From contig NC_045696.1 of the NCBI RefSeq assembly GCF_009834535.1, forward strand, positions 81,966,001 to 82,030,000: a stretch of DNA of 64,000 nt, written 5' to 3'. The position numbers were made by a program, and so were the translations under genes. Positions within the stretch are counted from its first letter, which is position 1, and every line of letters begins with the position of its first letter. A model generated the notes under the pieces. The model did no database searches. It saw only the letters and a program-made list of their open reading frames with translations, and was not told the DNA's origin. Shown here in pieces: positions 1 through 14,150 of the stretch. The stretch comes from Camelus ferus (lineage: Eukaryota).

Positions 1-448
1 GGAATGTTGTTACAAAAAAGAATAAAATATCAAGAAATAAAGGATATGTCCTGAGAGTAATGAAAATTATTTGGTTCTATTATACTTGATGTCAGATGTT
101 TAAATTTAAATATAAAAAAAAGTTAGATTTCCTAGGAAAATCTTGAATGCATTATTAAGCATCACAATTAAATGGCAAAAACTGGAAGGAGATTCACAAG
201 CAGTTGCGTTAAAGTTGTGGGTTTGCAGACAGCTTTTACCACCACATTTTCTTCAATAGTGTCACAACTTTCAAGACAAAAACTTATGGACAATAAAAAT
301 AAATTAACTCTTTATTATAGAACATAACACAGAAAATATGGAATTTCGTAAATGGCTAGGAAGTAAGTACATTTGCCTTTGTGCTAGAATTCCAAAAAGT
401 ATCCTAAACAAAGTAGCAATTATTTCCCCATCTTTAAATATGAAGTTA

Positions 449-715
<267 letters not shown>

Positions 716-919
716 TTAAATCCTACTCCCATCTGCAAACCAGAACATCAAAATCATGTCAAAAGATTTTTTTCTTCCAGTGTTTTTAGGAACAACACCA
801 AAACACAAATTGGAGTACCACTTTAAAATAGCTGAGCCCCAAATATAACTACAAAAGTTCCAGTCTAAATTAAACTCATACTTTTTGTAAAGTTTAATGT
901 TTAATTTGAACGTCTCAAG

Positions 920-1077
920 CAGGGGTTCTTAATCTGGGTCCTTGGATAGACTTCAGAAAGTCCATATTCCTACAACTGGATGCAAAGTTGTATGTACGTG
1001 TACTTCTCCAATTGTTTTCACAGCTTACATCACTTCTCTAAGGGACAAATGATCTCCCCAAATGCTAAGAATCATTG
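920..1077. mobile_element. Short hAT-Charlie (MER5/MER3-like) DNA transposon remnant
   Basis: Termini CAGGGGTTCTTAA ... TAAGAATCATTG resemble Charlie TIRs. Confidence 0.5.
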
Positions 1078-2490
1078 GCTGGTCTAAAATAAAAGAGTAT
1101 GGAGAGTTGACCCCTCAAACCATAAAATCTATACTAAACTTCTAGAAAAGGAATAGGAAGAAATTATTCTACAATAGTAACATTTAATATTAAAGAACTT
1201 TTCAAAACTGCCACCAACTCGTTGGTGATAAGCAGAACTTCTGACCTGAACAATGAAAATGAAACACCCAAGCTGATTTATAGCTGCTTTGGTGAATACT
1301 ATCACGATCATGCTTGGAGGTATGTAATACACACCTTCTAGCTACTTAATTCTATGAAGAGGGAATTTGAGCCCTTATCCCGCACTTTGGTTCCTAGAAA
1401 AGTGAAAATGGTATAAAACCAGAATGGGCACTTTAATACAGTAAAAACTAGGTTACTTCCCCCAAGTCCAACTGAACAAACAAGGAAGAAATACTGGCTA
1501 TATTCACAATTTAAAATATCATCTGTGGCTTTGCTATGAAGGGTAACCATTTGATAAAGCCTAAATAAATAATGAACATACAGTAAAAAACAAATAAAGA
1601 GTTTGGCCTTGAGATTAGATTAATACACTTTATATCTTCTTATGAAGTTGAAGGATATTTTCTCTTTTTGACAAGAAATATCAATGAATAGCAAGATTTC
1701 CACTAAATAAGTTATTTTTTAAAATCAATATCTAACCTTTGTTACATACCTATACAAACTCCTATGCTTCTTTTTGGCATTACTCTTGTAAAGGGCAAAA
1801 GGGTAGAATTACTGCTAATTATGAGTGAAAAACAGCAAAGCATGGCACTGATGGATTAAACTTCATAACCAAGACCATGGTGCCTAGCCACCTAACTCCT
1901 CCAACATTTATATAAACAATATACAATCTTGCATAATATCTTAAGAGCACTAAACAAACAAATGATATTTAACACACTTTTCTCTTATTAATCAGCACAT
2001 GGGATCATAAGGGGAAAAGCCAAAGGCAAAACAATTTAGAGATTATAATTATGGAAGAACAATCAGAATTACATAATAGCTTGAGAGGAATTGTTTTATT
2101 ACTCTCAAGTATATATGAAATATAATCTTCTAATAAGTATTGCCAGAGATCACTGCAAACTTGAGGAGATTAGTAAAGTGTTTATAAATTCATCAATTCT
2201 TTCAGTGGCTGATGCTGAATAGACAAAATATTTGAAAGCAACTGAGTTCAGTAGATTAAAGGTTTCTCCTTTGATACTGTTTACACTTTTTAATTGCTTA
2301 CAATTATTATATATATAACATATTATATATATTATAATATAAATTAACTTTTAGCTTAGTCTCTACATGACATAAAGAATTAACTAGTATCAAAATCAAT
2401 GATTTACCTACTGTTTCACTGGCATATAAAAAGTCCCACAGCTCTCCCTTGCAAAATCCAAATCGAGCAAACAATAAACAGGAAACTAAC

Positions 2491-2577
2491 CTGGCATGTT
2501 CTTCAGGAAGTTTTCTCTGTCGCTGCATATGAAACATTAGATCGCCTCCATTAACATACTCTATGACAAAGAACAAT
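2491..2577 (-). CDS. PRKCI: PRKCI exon 11 ([29 protein letters not shown])
   Basis: 87 nt, acceptor TTTTAG, donor AG|GTTAGT. Confidence 0.98.
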
Positions 2578-2656
2578 CTAAAACACAGGAGAGAGAGAAC
2601 ATGTGAAACCAAGATTCAGAATAAGGCGGTGTAACTGCGTTTTAAACGCTGTGGAA

Positions 2657-2794
2657 GGGGGAGGGTATAGCTCAAGTAGAAGAGCGCATGCCTAGCATGC
2701 TCAGGGTCCTGGGTTCCATCCCCAGTACCTCCTCTAAAAATAAATAAACCTAATTATCCTCCCTCCAAAAAAAGAAAACCAAACCAAAACAAAA
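2657..2794 (+). mobile_element. tRNA-derived SINE (camelid Vic-1-like)
   Basis: GGGGGAGGGTATAGCTCAAG head with A/B boxes, A-rich tail, 13-bp TSD AAAC(G/A)CTGTGGAA at 2644-2656 and 2795-2807. Confidence 0.85.
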
Positions 2795-3347
2795 AAACAC
2801 TGTGGAAACCACTGACGACACAGAAAGCATTCTACATGATTCACCCTTAACAAAAATTCCAGGAATTTGGTGGAAACAAAGGGTACTGGAGTAAAAGGCT
2901 GTTTAATCACAGAAAGTAAACCAGAATGATAGCAATTCTCCTATTCTAAAGCAGTATCACTTGTGATCCAGAGCTCTCACTCCCACCCCAGTTTTAGCCT
3001 GTACAAGATAAGTCATTTTCAACTGTCACTTAAGGTAAAAGAATTAAGGATTTATCCCCCTATTAAACTCTAGGAAACTTTCGAATCCTAAAACTAGAAT
3101 CTTAGAGATATAACCTGGCCTTTTGCTTTTTTTTTTTGGCCTAAAGCAGTAATTTCCTACTGCTGATCTCAATGTCAAGTTGATATCACTGATTAGAGTA
3201 TGAGTAGCAAGAAATCATGAGCACAGTACTGCTGTGTCTGTTTCCATGTGACTTCCACTTCAGGAATGACCATAGAAAGGGTTCTTATTGTGTAATATAT
3301 CAAAATGTGTAAAGCCCAGTAATCATTCCATTATGTTTCAGTCTTAC

Positions 3348-3445
3348 CTGCTTTCGGTCTGGAAGCAAGAATGCAGCCCAACAAGGAAAGGATGATTGGA
3401 CGCCTGCTCAAAGACATGCTTCTCTGTCTGCACCCAGTCAATATC
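3348..3445 (-). CDS. PRKCI: PRKCI exon 10 ([32 protein letters not shown])
   Basis: 98 nt, acceptor AAATAG, donor AG|GTAAGA. Confidence 0.97.
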
Positions 3446-3880
3446 CTATTTTAAAATGTCAAAGAAATCTGTGTCAAACTGAAATGATATCATCAAAACT
3501 ATGATAAATATGTTCTTAGCAATTCCATTACCACGAACACAATTATTAACTAATTAGGCTAAATATCAAAAGCATTGATAATCATGAAATAATAATTTAC
3601 ATATAAAGAGAAAAACACTACCAGTAAATCTTTCAATATTATGAAACAGTCTAGAAAACTTTTACAAAGTTCAAGTACTTTCCCTTGATAATAATATGAT
3701 TTGATTTTTATTTTTTAAAAAATCTAATAATCATCAGATAACTTTAAATATACCTTACATAATATGTTTGAAGCCTATATTTAGAAAAGACTGAAATAAT
3801 AAGGCACAAACACTGGGTTTTCTTCTGAAATAGTATACTTGAGCCAACTTAACAGTAAACACAAACATCACTGTCTTTAC

Positions 3881-4057
3881 CTCATCATCATTGACAAGTT
3901 CTTTTTTCACCACCTTCATTGCATAAATACGATCTGTTTTTTTTAACCGCACCAACAGTACTTTGGCATAACTTCCTCTTCCTATTACCCGGAGCAAATC
4001 AAAATCCTGAAGACCTAAACTGGATGAAGCTTTGCCACTTTCCCTGGTGTTCATTGC
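3881..4057 (-). CDS. PRKCI: PRKCI exon 9 (AMNTRESGK...GRGSYAKV...[15 protein letters not shown]; kinase N-lobe)
   Basis: 177 nt, acceptor CAACAG, donor GAG|GTAAAG; Gly loop GRGSYA and catalytic Lys in YAMK. Confidence 0.98.
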
Positions 4058-5119
4058 CTGTTGAGAACAATCATATCAGCGTTACACTTGAAATATTTTG
4101 CATAATACAATATATTTCTAACACTGAGCTATAACTATACCTATAATACTTTTAATATTTTCTGACTTAAGTTCTTAATTATTTTCTTACATCATTCCAA
4201 ACAACACAATCTAACTATTCAAGAGGTAGGATGAATTCATGAGTTGGGGTCAGCAGGGTGGTGTTAAGAATGGAGAGGGAGCTGAAATCTAAGAAATGCT
4301 GGAGGCAATGGAGATGCATTAATTAAAAAAAAGAGACTAACTTTGGTGACTAGGAGATTGGAGGTATCACTGCCAGAAAAATAAAGTGTGAGCACAGGAT
4401 CAGACTGACAGAGTTGATGAGATACTGAGCTTGGTTTTTCACGCTGAAGTTAGAAGTTATAAGGGGACATCAAGAGGAAAGTCTGCTGAAAGCTTGATGT
4501 ATGAAATCTGAGTTAATGAGAGGACACTTTCAGAGACATTTCCACAAGCTACAGGCAGAAAACAGGCATGAGGCAGTTCAGCTAATGGAAAACATTCTTT
4601 TTTTAATACAACACCAAGTCTCCTTTGGAATGACAAAGGCAGCCTTACAATTCATTAACAACTAGAAACTCAGGCCTCTGATAATTTACAGAGAAGGCTC
4701 AAGACAATCTTTTATTAGATACCTGCAAAATCCTCAGCACACAACCAACAGATGTACCCGTGAGAATTAAGTATGAATTTTCTGAAGTGAAGAGTATCAA
4801 GAAAAACAAAGAGCAAATTTTGAGAAAGATAAACTACTAAGCACAAAACAGAAAAAAAAAAAGGTATTATGAAAACTGAAGGAGAATGACGATTCAAAAG
4901 AAAGCTCAACACATTAAAATTTAAAAATAATAATCTGATTTGGTAACAAGGATAAATTAAAAGGAGTGAAAGAAACTGGATTAGAGCAGATTAAGAAAGC
5001 AGAGAATGGTAAGAAGGTAAAGCAATGTACAGACTTAAGTACAGCTGAGTGAAAATGATAAAAAAGAATCAAATGGAACAAATGCACAGCAACTTCACAG
5101 GGCCTGGAAAAAAGGCCTG

Positions 5120-7330
5120 CTGACCTACAATTCTATACCCTGAAAAAATAGCCTTCAAAATGAAAGTGGAATAAAAACATTTTCAGACAAACAAAAACTA
5201 AGGAAATCTATCATTAGCAGGCATTCATTAAAGCAAATAGAGTTCTTCGAGAAGAAAGAAGACCTCATATAGAAGATGCAGGAATGAGTACTGAACAAAA
5301 AGAATAAAATATGGATAAACCTAAATAAGATTTATCCACATTTAAAACTATTGACTATTTAAAAACACTAATACACACACACACACAAATATTTAAAATA
5401 TGACAGAAATAGCACTAAAGGCAGGAAGGAAGCATGAATAAATTTAAATTGTTCTAAGGTCCTTGCATATTCTGGGAAATGGTAAAAAAATATTAATAAT
5501 TCATGCTGAATTTAAGTAAGTTAAGAGTATAAGATGCAATCTCTAGAACAACCAGTAATAGAATAGAATCACTAACCAAAAGAGAGTTGCAGCTAAACTA
5601 ATATGAGACAAAGTAGTTGTAGCCTACAGTGGTGGCTGCTTCTAAAGAGCACCAGTGATCCCCATGTCCTAGTATTCATGCACTTGCAAAGTCCCCTCCC
5701 CTTGTGTGTGGGCTGGACCTAGTGACTTGCTTCTGATGAAAAATATGTGACAAAAATTGACGGAATGTCACTTCTGAGATTAGATTACAAAAAACTGTGT
5801 GTTCAGTCTTGCTAGCATTTATTTTCTCTGGATCTCACTGCTTGCTTGCTTTCTCTGATGAAGCAAGCTACCTTGCTGTGAGCTGCCCTAAGGCCCTGTG
5901 GCAAGGTACTGAAACCTGCCAACAGTGAGGTGAGTGTGAAAGCAGTTCCTTCCCCAGCCAAGCCTTGGGATGACTGCAGTCTGCCAGCACACTGACTGCA
6001 GTGTGGAATGGACTCTGAGACAAGGACCTAGATAAGTCACACTTGGGCTTCTAACCCATAGAAATTGTAACATAATACATTTTGTTTCAAGACACTATAT
6101 ATTAAGGTAATTTGGTAAGCAGACTTTAAGACAAGAAGCATTTCTACAGAGAGAAATTTCTTCATGAAAAAGGGCTAACCCAATAGAAGATTTTATGATT
6201 CTGAATCATAGACTCATAAGAATACTTAATAACATAGCCTCAAAATATATGAAGCAAAAACTAACAAAACTAAAAAGAGAAGGTAAACTCAGAAACCTTT
6301 TGGTACAGAAAAAACAAGCAGTCAGTGAGGTAACAGAAGACTGAATAAAATTGTTAATAATCTTGACCTAATTGACATGTACAGTTACCACACCCAACAA
6401 CTATAGAACATACTGCATCTAAAAATACATATGGAACATTTACCAATGCCTATGTGTTCAGTCTTCAAGCAAATTTCAACAAAATTCAAAGGACTGAAAT
6501 CACACGGAATGCGTTCTGACTTACAGCAGAATTAAGCTAGAAGTTAACAAAAAAATTTCCCAAGTATTGGAAAATCAATTAGTATACTTTTAAATAATAT
6601 ATGGATCAAAGAAGAAACCATAATAGAGATTAAGATATATTTTAAACTGACAAAAAAAAAAGGAAATAATAAGAGGAGAAATCTGTGTACTAGAATAGAA
6701 AATAAGCATTCAACAAAGAGCTAAAAGTTCTTTAAAAAGACTAATAAATTGATACCCTCCTGGCAAGACTGATGAAGAAAAAGAGAATGCACAGGAACTT
6801 TTATCAGGAATTAAAAAAGCATATAATTTCATATTCTCAGAAATTAACATCTTTATGTCAATAAATCTGAAAATTTAGGTTAAACAAATTCCAAGGAATA
6901 ACACAAACACAACAAGAAACAGAGAAGCTAAACTGTCCTACATCTATTCAGAAATGGAATCTAGGATTAAATACTTCCCACAAAGAAAACCCCAGGCCAA
7001 GAGTGCTTTTCTGACAAATTCTTTCTAAAATATAAGCGATAAATAATGCTAATCTTATAAGATTCTACCTTGGAAATAGAAAAAAATCCCAAAATCATTT
7101 TATGGGTCCAGTATTATCTTGACACCAAAACTAAACAATCCAATACAAAAAGGGATTTACAGGCCAATGACTCTCATTAATAATTTTTTTTAAAACCTAA
7201 ATATTGGCAATCAGATTCATCAATATATAAAGAGAGTAATACATCATGACACATTAAATTTATTTCAGAAATGGAAAATAGGCTTAACATTTGAAAATTA
7301 ATGAAATTTACACATGATCAACTCCATAAA
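5120..7330 (+). mobile_element. Old L1M ORF1/ORF2 remnant interrupted by an MLT1 LTR
   Basis: A-rich L1 motifs (ATAAAAACATTTTCAGACAAACAAAAACT; CTTCCCACAAAGAAAACCCCAGGCC). Confidence 0.7.
5628..6133 (+). mobile_element. MLT1F-like MaLR LTR
   Basis: GTGTGGGCTGGACCTAGTGACTTGCTTC and ATGTCACTTCTGAGATTAG match my recollection of the MLT1F consensus. Confidence 0.75.
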
Positions 7331-7354
7331 TGCTATAAAATGTCTTTTTTTCTC

Positions 7355-7465
7355 ATTTTTAAAAATTGAAGTATAGATGATTTACAATGTATTAGTTTCT
7401 GGTGTTCAGCATAGTGATTCAGTTACACATATAAGTATATACCTTATTTTTCATATTCTTTTTGT
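7355..7465 (-). mobile_element. Short L1 3'-end fragment
   Basis: ATTGAAGTATAGATGATTTACAATG...TTAGTTTCTGGTG...CAGCATAGTGATTCAGTTA, a typical laurasiatherian L1 tail. Confidence 0.65.
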
Positions 7466-7497
7466 ACCTCTATTAAAAAAAAAAGAATTTAAAAAAA

Positions 7498-7586
7498 GGG
7501 AGGAGGGGTGTGTGCTCAGTGGTAGAGTATGTGGTTAGCATGTGTGAGGCCCTGGGTTCAATCCCCAGTAACTCCATTAAAAAAAG
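7498..7586 (+). mobile_element. tRNA-derived SINE (Vic-1-like, short)
   Basis: GCTCAGTGGTAGAG...GGGTTCAATCCCCAG followed by an A tail. Confidence 0.8.
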
Positions 7587-7996
7587 AAGAGTATGTTTTT
7601 AATAAAATTGAACATCTTTTCATGATGAAGACAAAAATCTTAGCTTACTAGGAATACAGATAAATAACCAGACCACAAAATGGAAGGATCTATAATATAT
7701 TTTAAACAATACTATCAAGTATTCTAAACACCATTCTTAAATACATTTATAGTTTTTAGATTATGCTATCTTAAAGTGAAAATAAGCTATCACACCAGAT
7801 CATTTCTTAATTTAAATGAAATTAGTAATCATTGGATTAAATCAGAATAAAAATCTAGAATCATCAAAAATCATCCCTGCATCTTACCACCATGATCATT
7901 TAAAAATCTAAGCAAGTCAGTCTGTCACATTTTTAAACTGTCTAGCTATTATTAAAAAGCTGATGACATAATGTACCATAAAACTAATTATCTTAC

Positions 7997-8055
7997 CTCC
8001 TTTTCTTCACCAACTTGGTCCAAACTCTCATGACTTGCAGGATTATATGGAATTA
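7997..8055 (-). CDS. PRKCI: PRKCI exon 8 (VIPYNPASHESLDQVGEEKE; hinge)
   Basis: 59 nt, acceptor TTTTTAG, donor GAG|GTAAGA. Confidence 0.96.
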
Positions 8056-9143
8056 CTAAAAACCCAATCCCAAACAAAAAAAAAAAGAGAGAGAGAGAGA
8101 AAAACAAAGTATCCATTAACTCAGTTTGACTTAAAAATTTCTCCTGATCTGACTTTCCTTAGTTTTTATTTCTGAATAAGTGTTCATCATTTACAATTGA
8201 ATATCTGTCCTATTAACAAAAAATTATATGTAAATATGAGTTAAATCTTAATTTTTAATGAGGGTAAAGACAGCAGGAACCAATCAACAGCCAAGTACTG
8301 ATTTTAACAAATATTTCTGCTATTTTAAAAATACTTCCCTTCCTTACAAATTAATCAATTCCTTCTAAAAAAGGTGACTCCATATACCTTATTTAATTGT
8401 TTTAGTATGACTGAGGCCTAGAGACAAAAGGTCTCCAGTTTTCACTCCTCACTTCCTTCATACTCAAAATGTTCCTGATTCAGAATGTACCATGCACACA
8501 GGTCAGGTAAAGAACTGACAAAGACTGGACTATAAAGCCTTCATTTCTTTTAACCAGCTTCTTCCATGAATAATATACTGCATTCTGTCCTTCCAGAAAA
8601 ACCCCTTTGCTTTCTTTTTCTTGATTCACTCCAGATCAGACTGCTCTGTCCCATTTAATTGCTCTCCAAATTTCCCAGATACATATTTAAGGTTTTGTAT
8701 CTATGAGACATTTGAACTCATGATCTTTTTTGAATTTTCTGTGCAGCATCTCTTTAGTTTTACATAATTTCTATATTTCATAATAGAGCTTTTAATAAAA
8801 ATAGGTCACTTGAATATAGTCAACATGACCCACAAAATCAGTACATGTTTTCATTGTTGAAAAAAAATAGGTTTACTGAATATAAAGGGGTCTCAAAAGA
8901 AATTTATCTGAATGAAAGAAAACAGTCATTTGTTGTAGTTTACTTAGTTGTCTTTACTTTATAAAGTGCCGGATGTATATGTTATATATTGTGACTCTGC
9001 TGTTAACACGATGAAATATGGTTACTTAGCTTTTATTTCAGAAGAATATCAGTGTTTTTAAACTTAGGTCAAAGATTCACATAAAGAAGTCTTTAAATGA
9101 TACTTTGTTAATGAGCAGTGGTTTGTGCCAGTAACATCCTTAC

Positions 9144-9198
9144 CTGTCTGTGCATGGTCTGAATGCATGGATGACTGGTCCATGGGCATCATTGGTTC
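9144..9198 (-). CDS. PRKCI: PRKCI exon 7 (EPMMPMDQSSMHSDHAQT; hinge)
   Basis: 55 nt, acceptor TTTGCAG, donor G|GTAAGG. Confidence 0.96.
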
Positions 9199-10249
9199 CT
9201 GCAAACATTTCCAAAGATACATTAACTTAGTGAATTCTTTTTAAATCCCAATACCACTGTAAATCCAGAAACAACATTATTTTGATGAGACACAGCATAT
9301 TAAAATTTAAATTTGAAAGAATATAACTTGTTAAATTATATTACTGTATAAAAATTTACATTTAATTTATTATATGAATAAATGAATATATGAATATATG
9401 GGAATATTTCTATGAATTAGGTAATATTAGTCATTTTACAGATCACAGAAGAAATCCAAAACTAATTTCAGATCATCAATTAGAAATCAAATTAAATTCC
9501 TGTATACTCTGATTTATTTCTCCTGTAACCACCTATTCTTCCTTCGATCTCCACATACTCATTTTAAGTCTTTGGCAAAAGGAGTCTTAGTATACAGTTA
9601 TTTAGCTGATGTCCAGAAATAGACTTCAAGATGTCTATAAACCTCCTGAAATTATATGTAAAATTTTATGGGTTTCCCATCTTTCTGAAGATTCTCAAAG
9701 GTATCAGTGACCCCAAAAAGGAAAAGAAATACTCCAAGAAAATGACTTACCAAATAACTCCCAATAACCTCAGGAACAATGCTAATTCAAACTAAAATGT
9801 AACTTATTCATTAATTTTGGACCCAAGTTTAATGAATACCAGCAAGAAAGGTTAAGCTTGAGAAGCAGCATTAGTTATGCAGTTACAATTGTAAGGCTGC
9901 CTTAAACATAAGCTCATGGATTTTTCAATGTGTTTAGCAGCCATCCTAAAATAGCAATACAATCACTAAGCCTGTCCCTCTTCTACATTTATGAACTCAT
10001 ACAAGTCATTCCATCACTTAAAAATACTCAAGAATATCAACAGTAACCTGGATAAATGATATTCACAATAATTGGCCTTCTGCTTTTCCTTAAGATTAGA
10101 TTCTCACCTCCTTAACTATAAACCCATTTGTAAACTTACACGAACTAGCTAAATAATTCTACTACCAATGAGCCACCAGTAATAATCCACTTTCACAACG
10201 TCTAAAGAAGATACTATGAATAAACATGGTATAATCATGCTAGAAGATA

Positions 10250-11330
10250 ACTTAGAAAGATGAATCCAGATCTTTTAAAAAACGCATATCCTTCAACCCA
10301 GTAATTCTACTTCTGCATCCTTAGGAAAGAAGATTTATTTACCAGGAAGTTCATTATGATTTTCTTTATAGGAGAACTTAGAAAATAACATTTAATCATG
10401 GGGATAGATTAAATAAATTATTGTATAGATATATAAAATATTATGCTAAAAATGAAGATACAGATATAGAAAAATGACCAAAATATATTGTTCAGTTAGG
10501 AAAATGAGTTAGAAAATAGTACATATATGATCTCATACTTTCACTAAAAAGTATGTAAAAGAACGAAACACAACCAACTTTACATGCCTTCTGATGAATA
10601 AACGCTCCACATTCTATGAAGTAGTCTCAACCCACAAAAAAACAAAAACTAGAATCTAATCAAACTCCTACATTCAACCATAATGTACAGAAAATACAGA
10701 GGATTGGGGAACATTCTAAATGTAACCATGGAGATGCAAAAAGAAAGATTCTGAAACTCTTTAAGTGACAAAACAGTTTCTTCTACAATTAAATTGTAAG
10801 GAAAAAGAGAGAGATGGAAGAATCAGTAAATTGAACAGTATCTAAGACACAGTATCAATCAGCTTCAAATATGAACTTCATTTAGATCCTGATTCATAAT
10901 GAAAATTATGAAAACAAAATTATAACATTTATGAGACAATTGAAATTTTGAATACTGCCAGGATGGATATTTGATACAAGGAATTTGTTTTTTAGCTAGT
11001 TTTTTTTTTTTTTAAAGAGTCATTATCTCTTAGAAATATGTCTAAAAGTTGTTTCAAAATAATATAGGGTGAGGACAGGTGAACTGAGGGTACAGATGAA
11101 ACAAGACTGTTGTGAGGTGATAACTACTGGAGTTGGATGATTGTTATACGGAAGTTCATTATACTGTTCCATCTGCTCTTATATATGTTTAAAATTTTCC
11201 CATTTAAGTTTGCATAGTTCTGGAAGAATATATGCCAAATGACAATTGTCTTTAGATGGTAGATTTCATGGAGGATTTTTATTTTTCTTTCTTTATTTTA
11301 ATTTTCTATTTCTTCTCCATTGAACATGTT
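10250..11330 (+). mobile_element. L1MC/L1ME 3' remnants
   Basis: ACATTTATGAGACAATTG...GATGAAACAAGACTG...GTTCATTATACTGTTC motifs. Confidence 0.55.
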
Positions 11331-11769
11331 TTAATTTCATATTTAAAACATAAAGTGAAAAATTCCCCAGTAATCTCACACTTTACATAATAAACATGAA
11401 GCCTCTGACTCTTCTTACCTGATGTCTGCTTAGTGCAGATGCTAGAATAATGGGAGTTATAAACTATAAACTAATGAGTTTAGCTTAAATAAGAAAAAAA
11501 TATCTTTTAAATGTTTCTCCTTACATCTTCTTAATTAGACCAAAGGAATTTTGTAGCGGGTCAAAGAAGTTAACCATATCCTACAAACAAACTGGTAATA
11601 ACAATTTCAAAGTCCACAATATATTATCTAACTCCTAAAGGATTCCTACCCACATTCTTTAACGACATTGTTGAGATGTGATTTCCTTAACACTCCTCTA
11701 TTTTAGCCCTCTGTATTAGCAGTGTTATCAAAAATGCTCTATTAAAAAAATCAGAGAGCTGCGTCTTAC

Positions 11770-11910
11770 CGGTGGCAAAGAATGCCGCCCACATTCAATT
11801 GTGACAAGTTTGTGGCACTTCTTATGGACCAGGAGTTTGCAGTTGATGCACTTATATCCCTGGCGTCCAAGCCCCCATATTCGGTCAGTGCAGATGGCAC
11901 AGTGGGCACG
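11770..11910 (-). CDS. PRKCI: PRKCI exon 6 ([48 protein letters not shown]1 domain)
   Basis: 141 nt, acceptor CCTCCAG, donor CCG|GTAAGA; C1 Cys/His pattern. Confidence 0.98.
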
Positions 11911-12534
11911 CTGGAGGGAGTAATGCAATAGCATTTTATTAACAACAACAACAAAAAAGTCATAATCATTTCCCAACAGTTTGCTCATGAAATAGTGACA
12001 ATAAATGGCTTTCTTCTCTAATTCAATTCCCATCATCATATATAACTTGTACAAAGTTCATGATCTTGGGAAAATAAACAGAAATGAGAGCTTGTTTTAA
12101 AGAAGACAGCAAAAATAAAATAGACAGTGAAATTTGCAACCATGTTGTTTTCTAAGTCCAAGAATTTTCAATCTTCACTAATTAAGTACAGAGCAATGAA
12201 AATAGGAAAAGTGAATTAAACTAGAGAAACATATGGCAGAAAAAGCTGTGCAAGGACTCACAAGGAAATCTTCCAGACTGTTCAGAGGTCAAATCAAAGC
12301 CTTGTTCTTCTCTTAGACACCTAAAGGATTTCTCATTTCAAAGCTTTTCAAATATCAGTGCTAAAGGGAACAACAGGTTAGGAAAGTTGGGTGGTGGCTT
12401 CTATTTATGAACTATAGAAATGATCCCTGAAAGTATAGTCTTGGTGGCTTCTATTTATATTAATAAATTCAGAACGTAACACTAGCCCTAGAATAGGAAT
12501 GGAGTCCATACATTTGTAGTTATCAAGAGCTGTG

Positions 12535-12685
12535 TCATCTTGGGCAAGTTAACTGCAACTCAGTTTCTTCCTCTATAAAATGGAAATATATAGTACACAT
12601 CTCATAAGGTTCTTGTAAGGGAACAAAAGAGTCACTGTCTTTTGGAAGAGTGCTTGGTATACAGTAAACACTAGATAAATGTCTG
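12535..12685 (+). mobile_element. MIR SINE
   Basis: TTGGGCAAGTTAACT...CTCAGTTTCTTCCTCTATAAAATGG core. Confidence 0.7.
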
Positions 12686-13029
12686 CGATTACCACTTTCT
12701 AAACAGTGAAAACTAAAAGTGCAAAAGTAAATGGTTTGCAAAATAAACCTTGTTTATTTTCTGGCTTTCTTAAATTATATTAAAAAATCCAACTTTCTTA
12801 CAGCTAGGGTAAACCATGTAATTAATCATCCAATCTGGAACATTTTTTAAGAGTCAAAGGAGATGCTATTAAAAATTGCCACAAGATAAAGATGTACTGC
12901 CCCAGGCAAACTGGGACTTTTAGATCAGCCTACTTACTCTTTAGAAGGGAATAACAACCTTTCTTTCACAGCAGAGAGGGAAAAAACAGATTTTTCAAAT
13001 TATCAACGTTCAACAAACTTAAGGTTTAC

Positions 13030-13115
13030 CCTGTTGAAACGTTTGGCTTGAAAAGTATGGCCATTTGCACAATAAAGCTTTCTCCAGCGGCGTGCACCTC
13101 GGCGGTAGATGGATT
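13030..13115 (-). CDS. PRKCI: PRKCI exon 5 ([29 protein letters not shown]; pseudosubstrate, start of C1)
   Basis: 86 nt, acceptor TTTTCAG, donor AGG|GTAAAC; carries the aPKC pseudosubstrate [13 protein letters not shown]. Confidence 0.98.
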
Positions 13116-13329
13116 CTGAAAAGAGATTAAAAGTTAAAAAAGAAAAAGAAAAAAGCAAGGGTGAATTAAGTAATTTTATAATTAAGTCCGTGATTTTTTT
13201 CATGATATTCATTGTAAGAAAAAATATAAACTGATAAAAATCTGAAAGTAAAAAAACTGATTCATCAAGAGACTAGATGAAAGTAAATAACTACTGATTT
13301 TCTATTTCTTAATTTTCCCCTAACTTCTA

Positions 13330-14150
13330 ATTTTGGAAAATTTTTAAGCCCAAGAAAATCTGAAAGAACAAACACCTCCATCCTTACCTTGATTTATCAA
13401 TTACTGTCATTTTGCACATTAGCTTTCCTCTCTGGTTTATACATACTTTTTTTTTTCCTGAATCATTTAAAAATAAATTGCAAACATTGTAACACTTTAC
13501 CCTTAAATATCTAAGTATCCATTGCCTAATTCTATTCAACCACAATATCATTACCATGTCTTAGAAAATTAACATTAATTCAATCTCGCCTACTATACAG
13601 TTCATATGCAAATTTCCCTATTGCCTAAAAAGCGTCTTTCATAGCTTTCTTTTTCTCCCCAGGATCCAATCAAGATTTAAGCATTGCACTTCTCTGTTAT
13701 ACATTTTTGTCCTCTAAAGTATGCTAAAACATTCACTCTGTCTTTGTTGTTTATTTTCATGATGTTGACCTTTTTTTTTTAAAGGATCTAGGCAGGTGTC
13801 GTATTATGTCCTACATTCTGGACTTGTTAGTGTCCTCATTAGAGTTAAATACATTAAGGATCTGTAACACACTTCCCAGATTAAAAAAAAAAAATTCCCA
13901 GATAAAAAAGTATTAAATACTTTTGGTGAAAATAATACACAGGTGATGTGTTTTTCTTACTACATCACATGAAGAAATACACAAATGCAAGATTGTTGAC
14001 TCCCACTAGGTGTTCCATCACTCTGTTAAAGGCAGTGATGGCTAGTTTTCTTCCCTGTAAAGTGTATTTTTGTAAGTACTTTATAAGGGACATTTTGTAC
14101 CATAAGAATATTCTCTTCTGCAACAACTTTTTATCCAATGGCTCTTATAC
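13330..14150 (-). mobile_element. L1MC 3' remnant
   Basis: CCCAGGATCCAATCAAG, TAAGTTGCA-like and CAAATTTCCC motifs typical of L1MC 3' ends. Confidence 0.55.

Noticed and set aside
2657..2735. tRNA-like sequence with A/B boxes
   Set aside because: It is a SINE head with A tail and TSD, not a tRNA gene. The same applies to 7498, 40409 and 55543.
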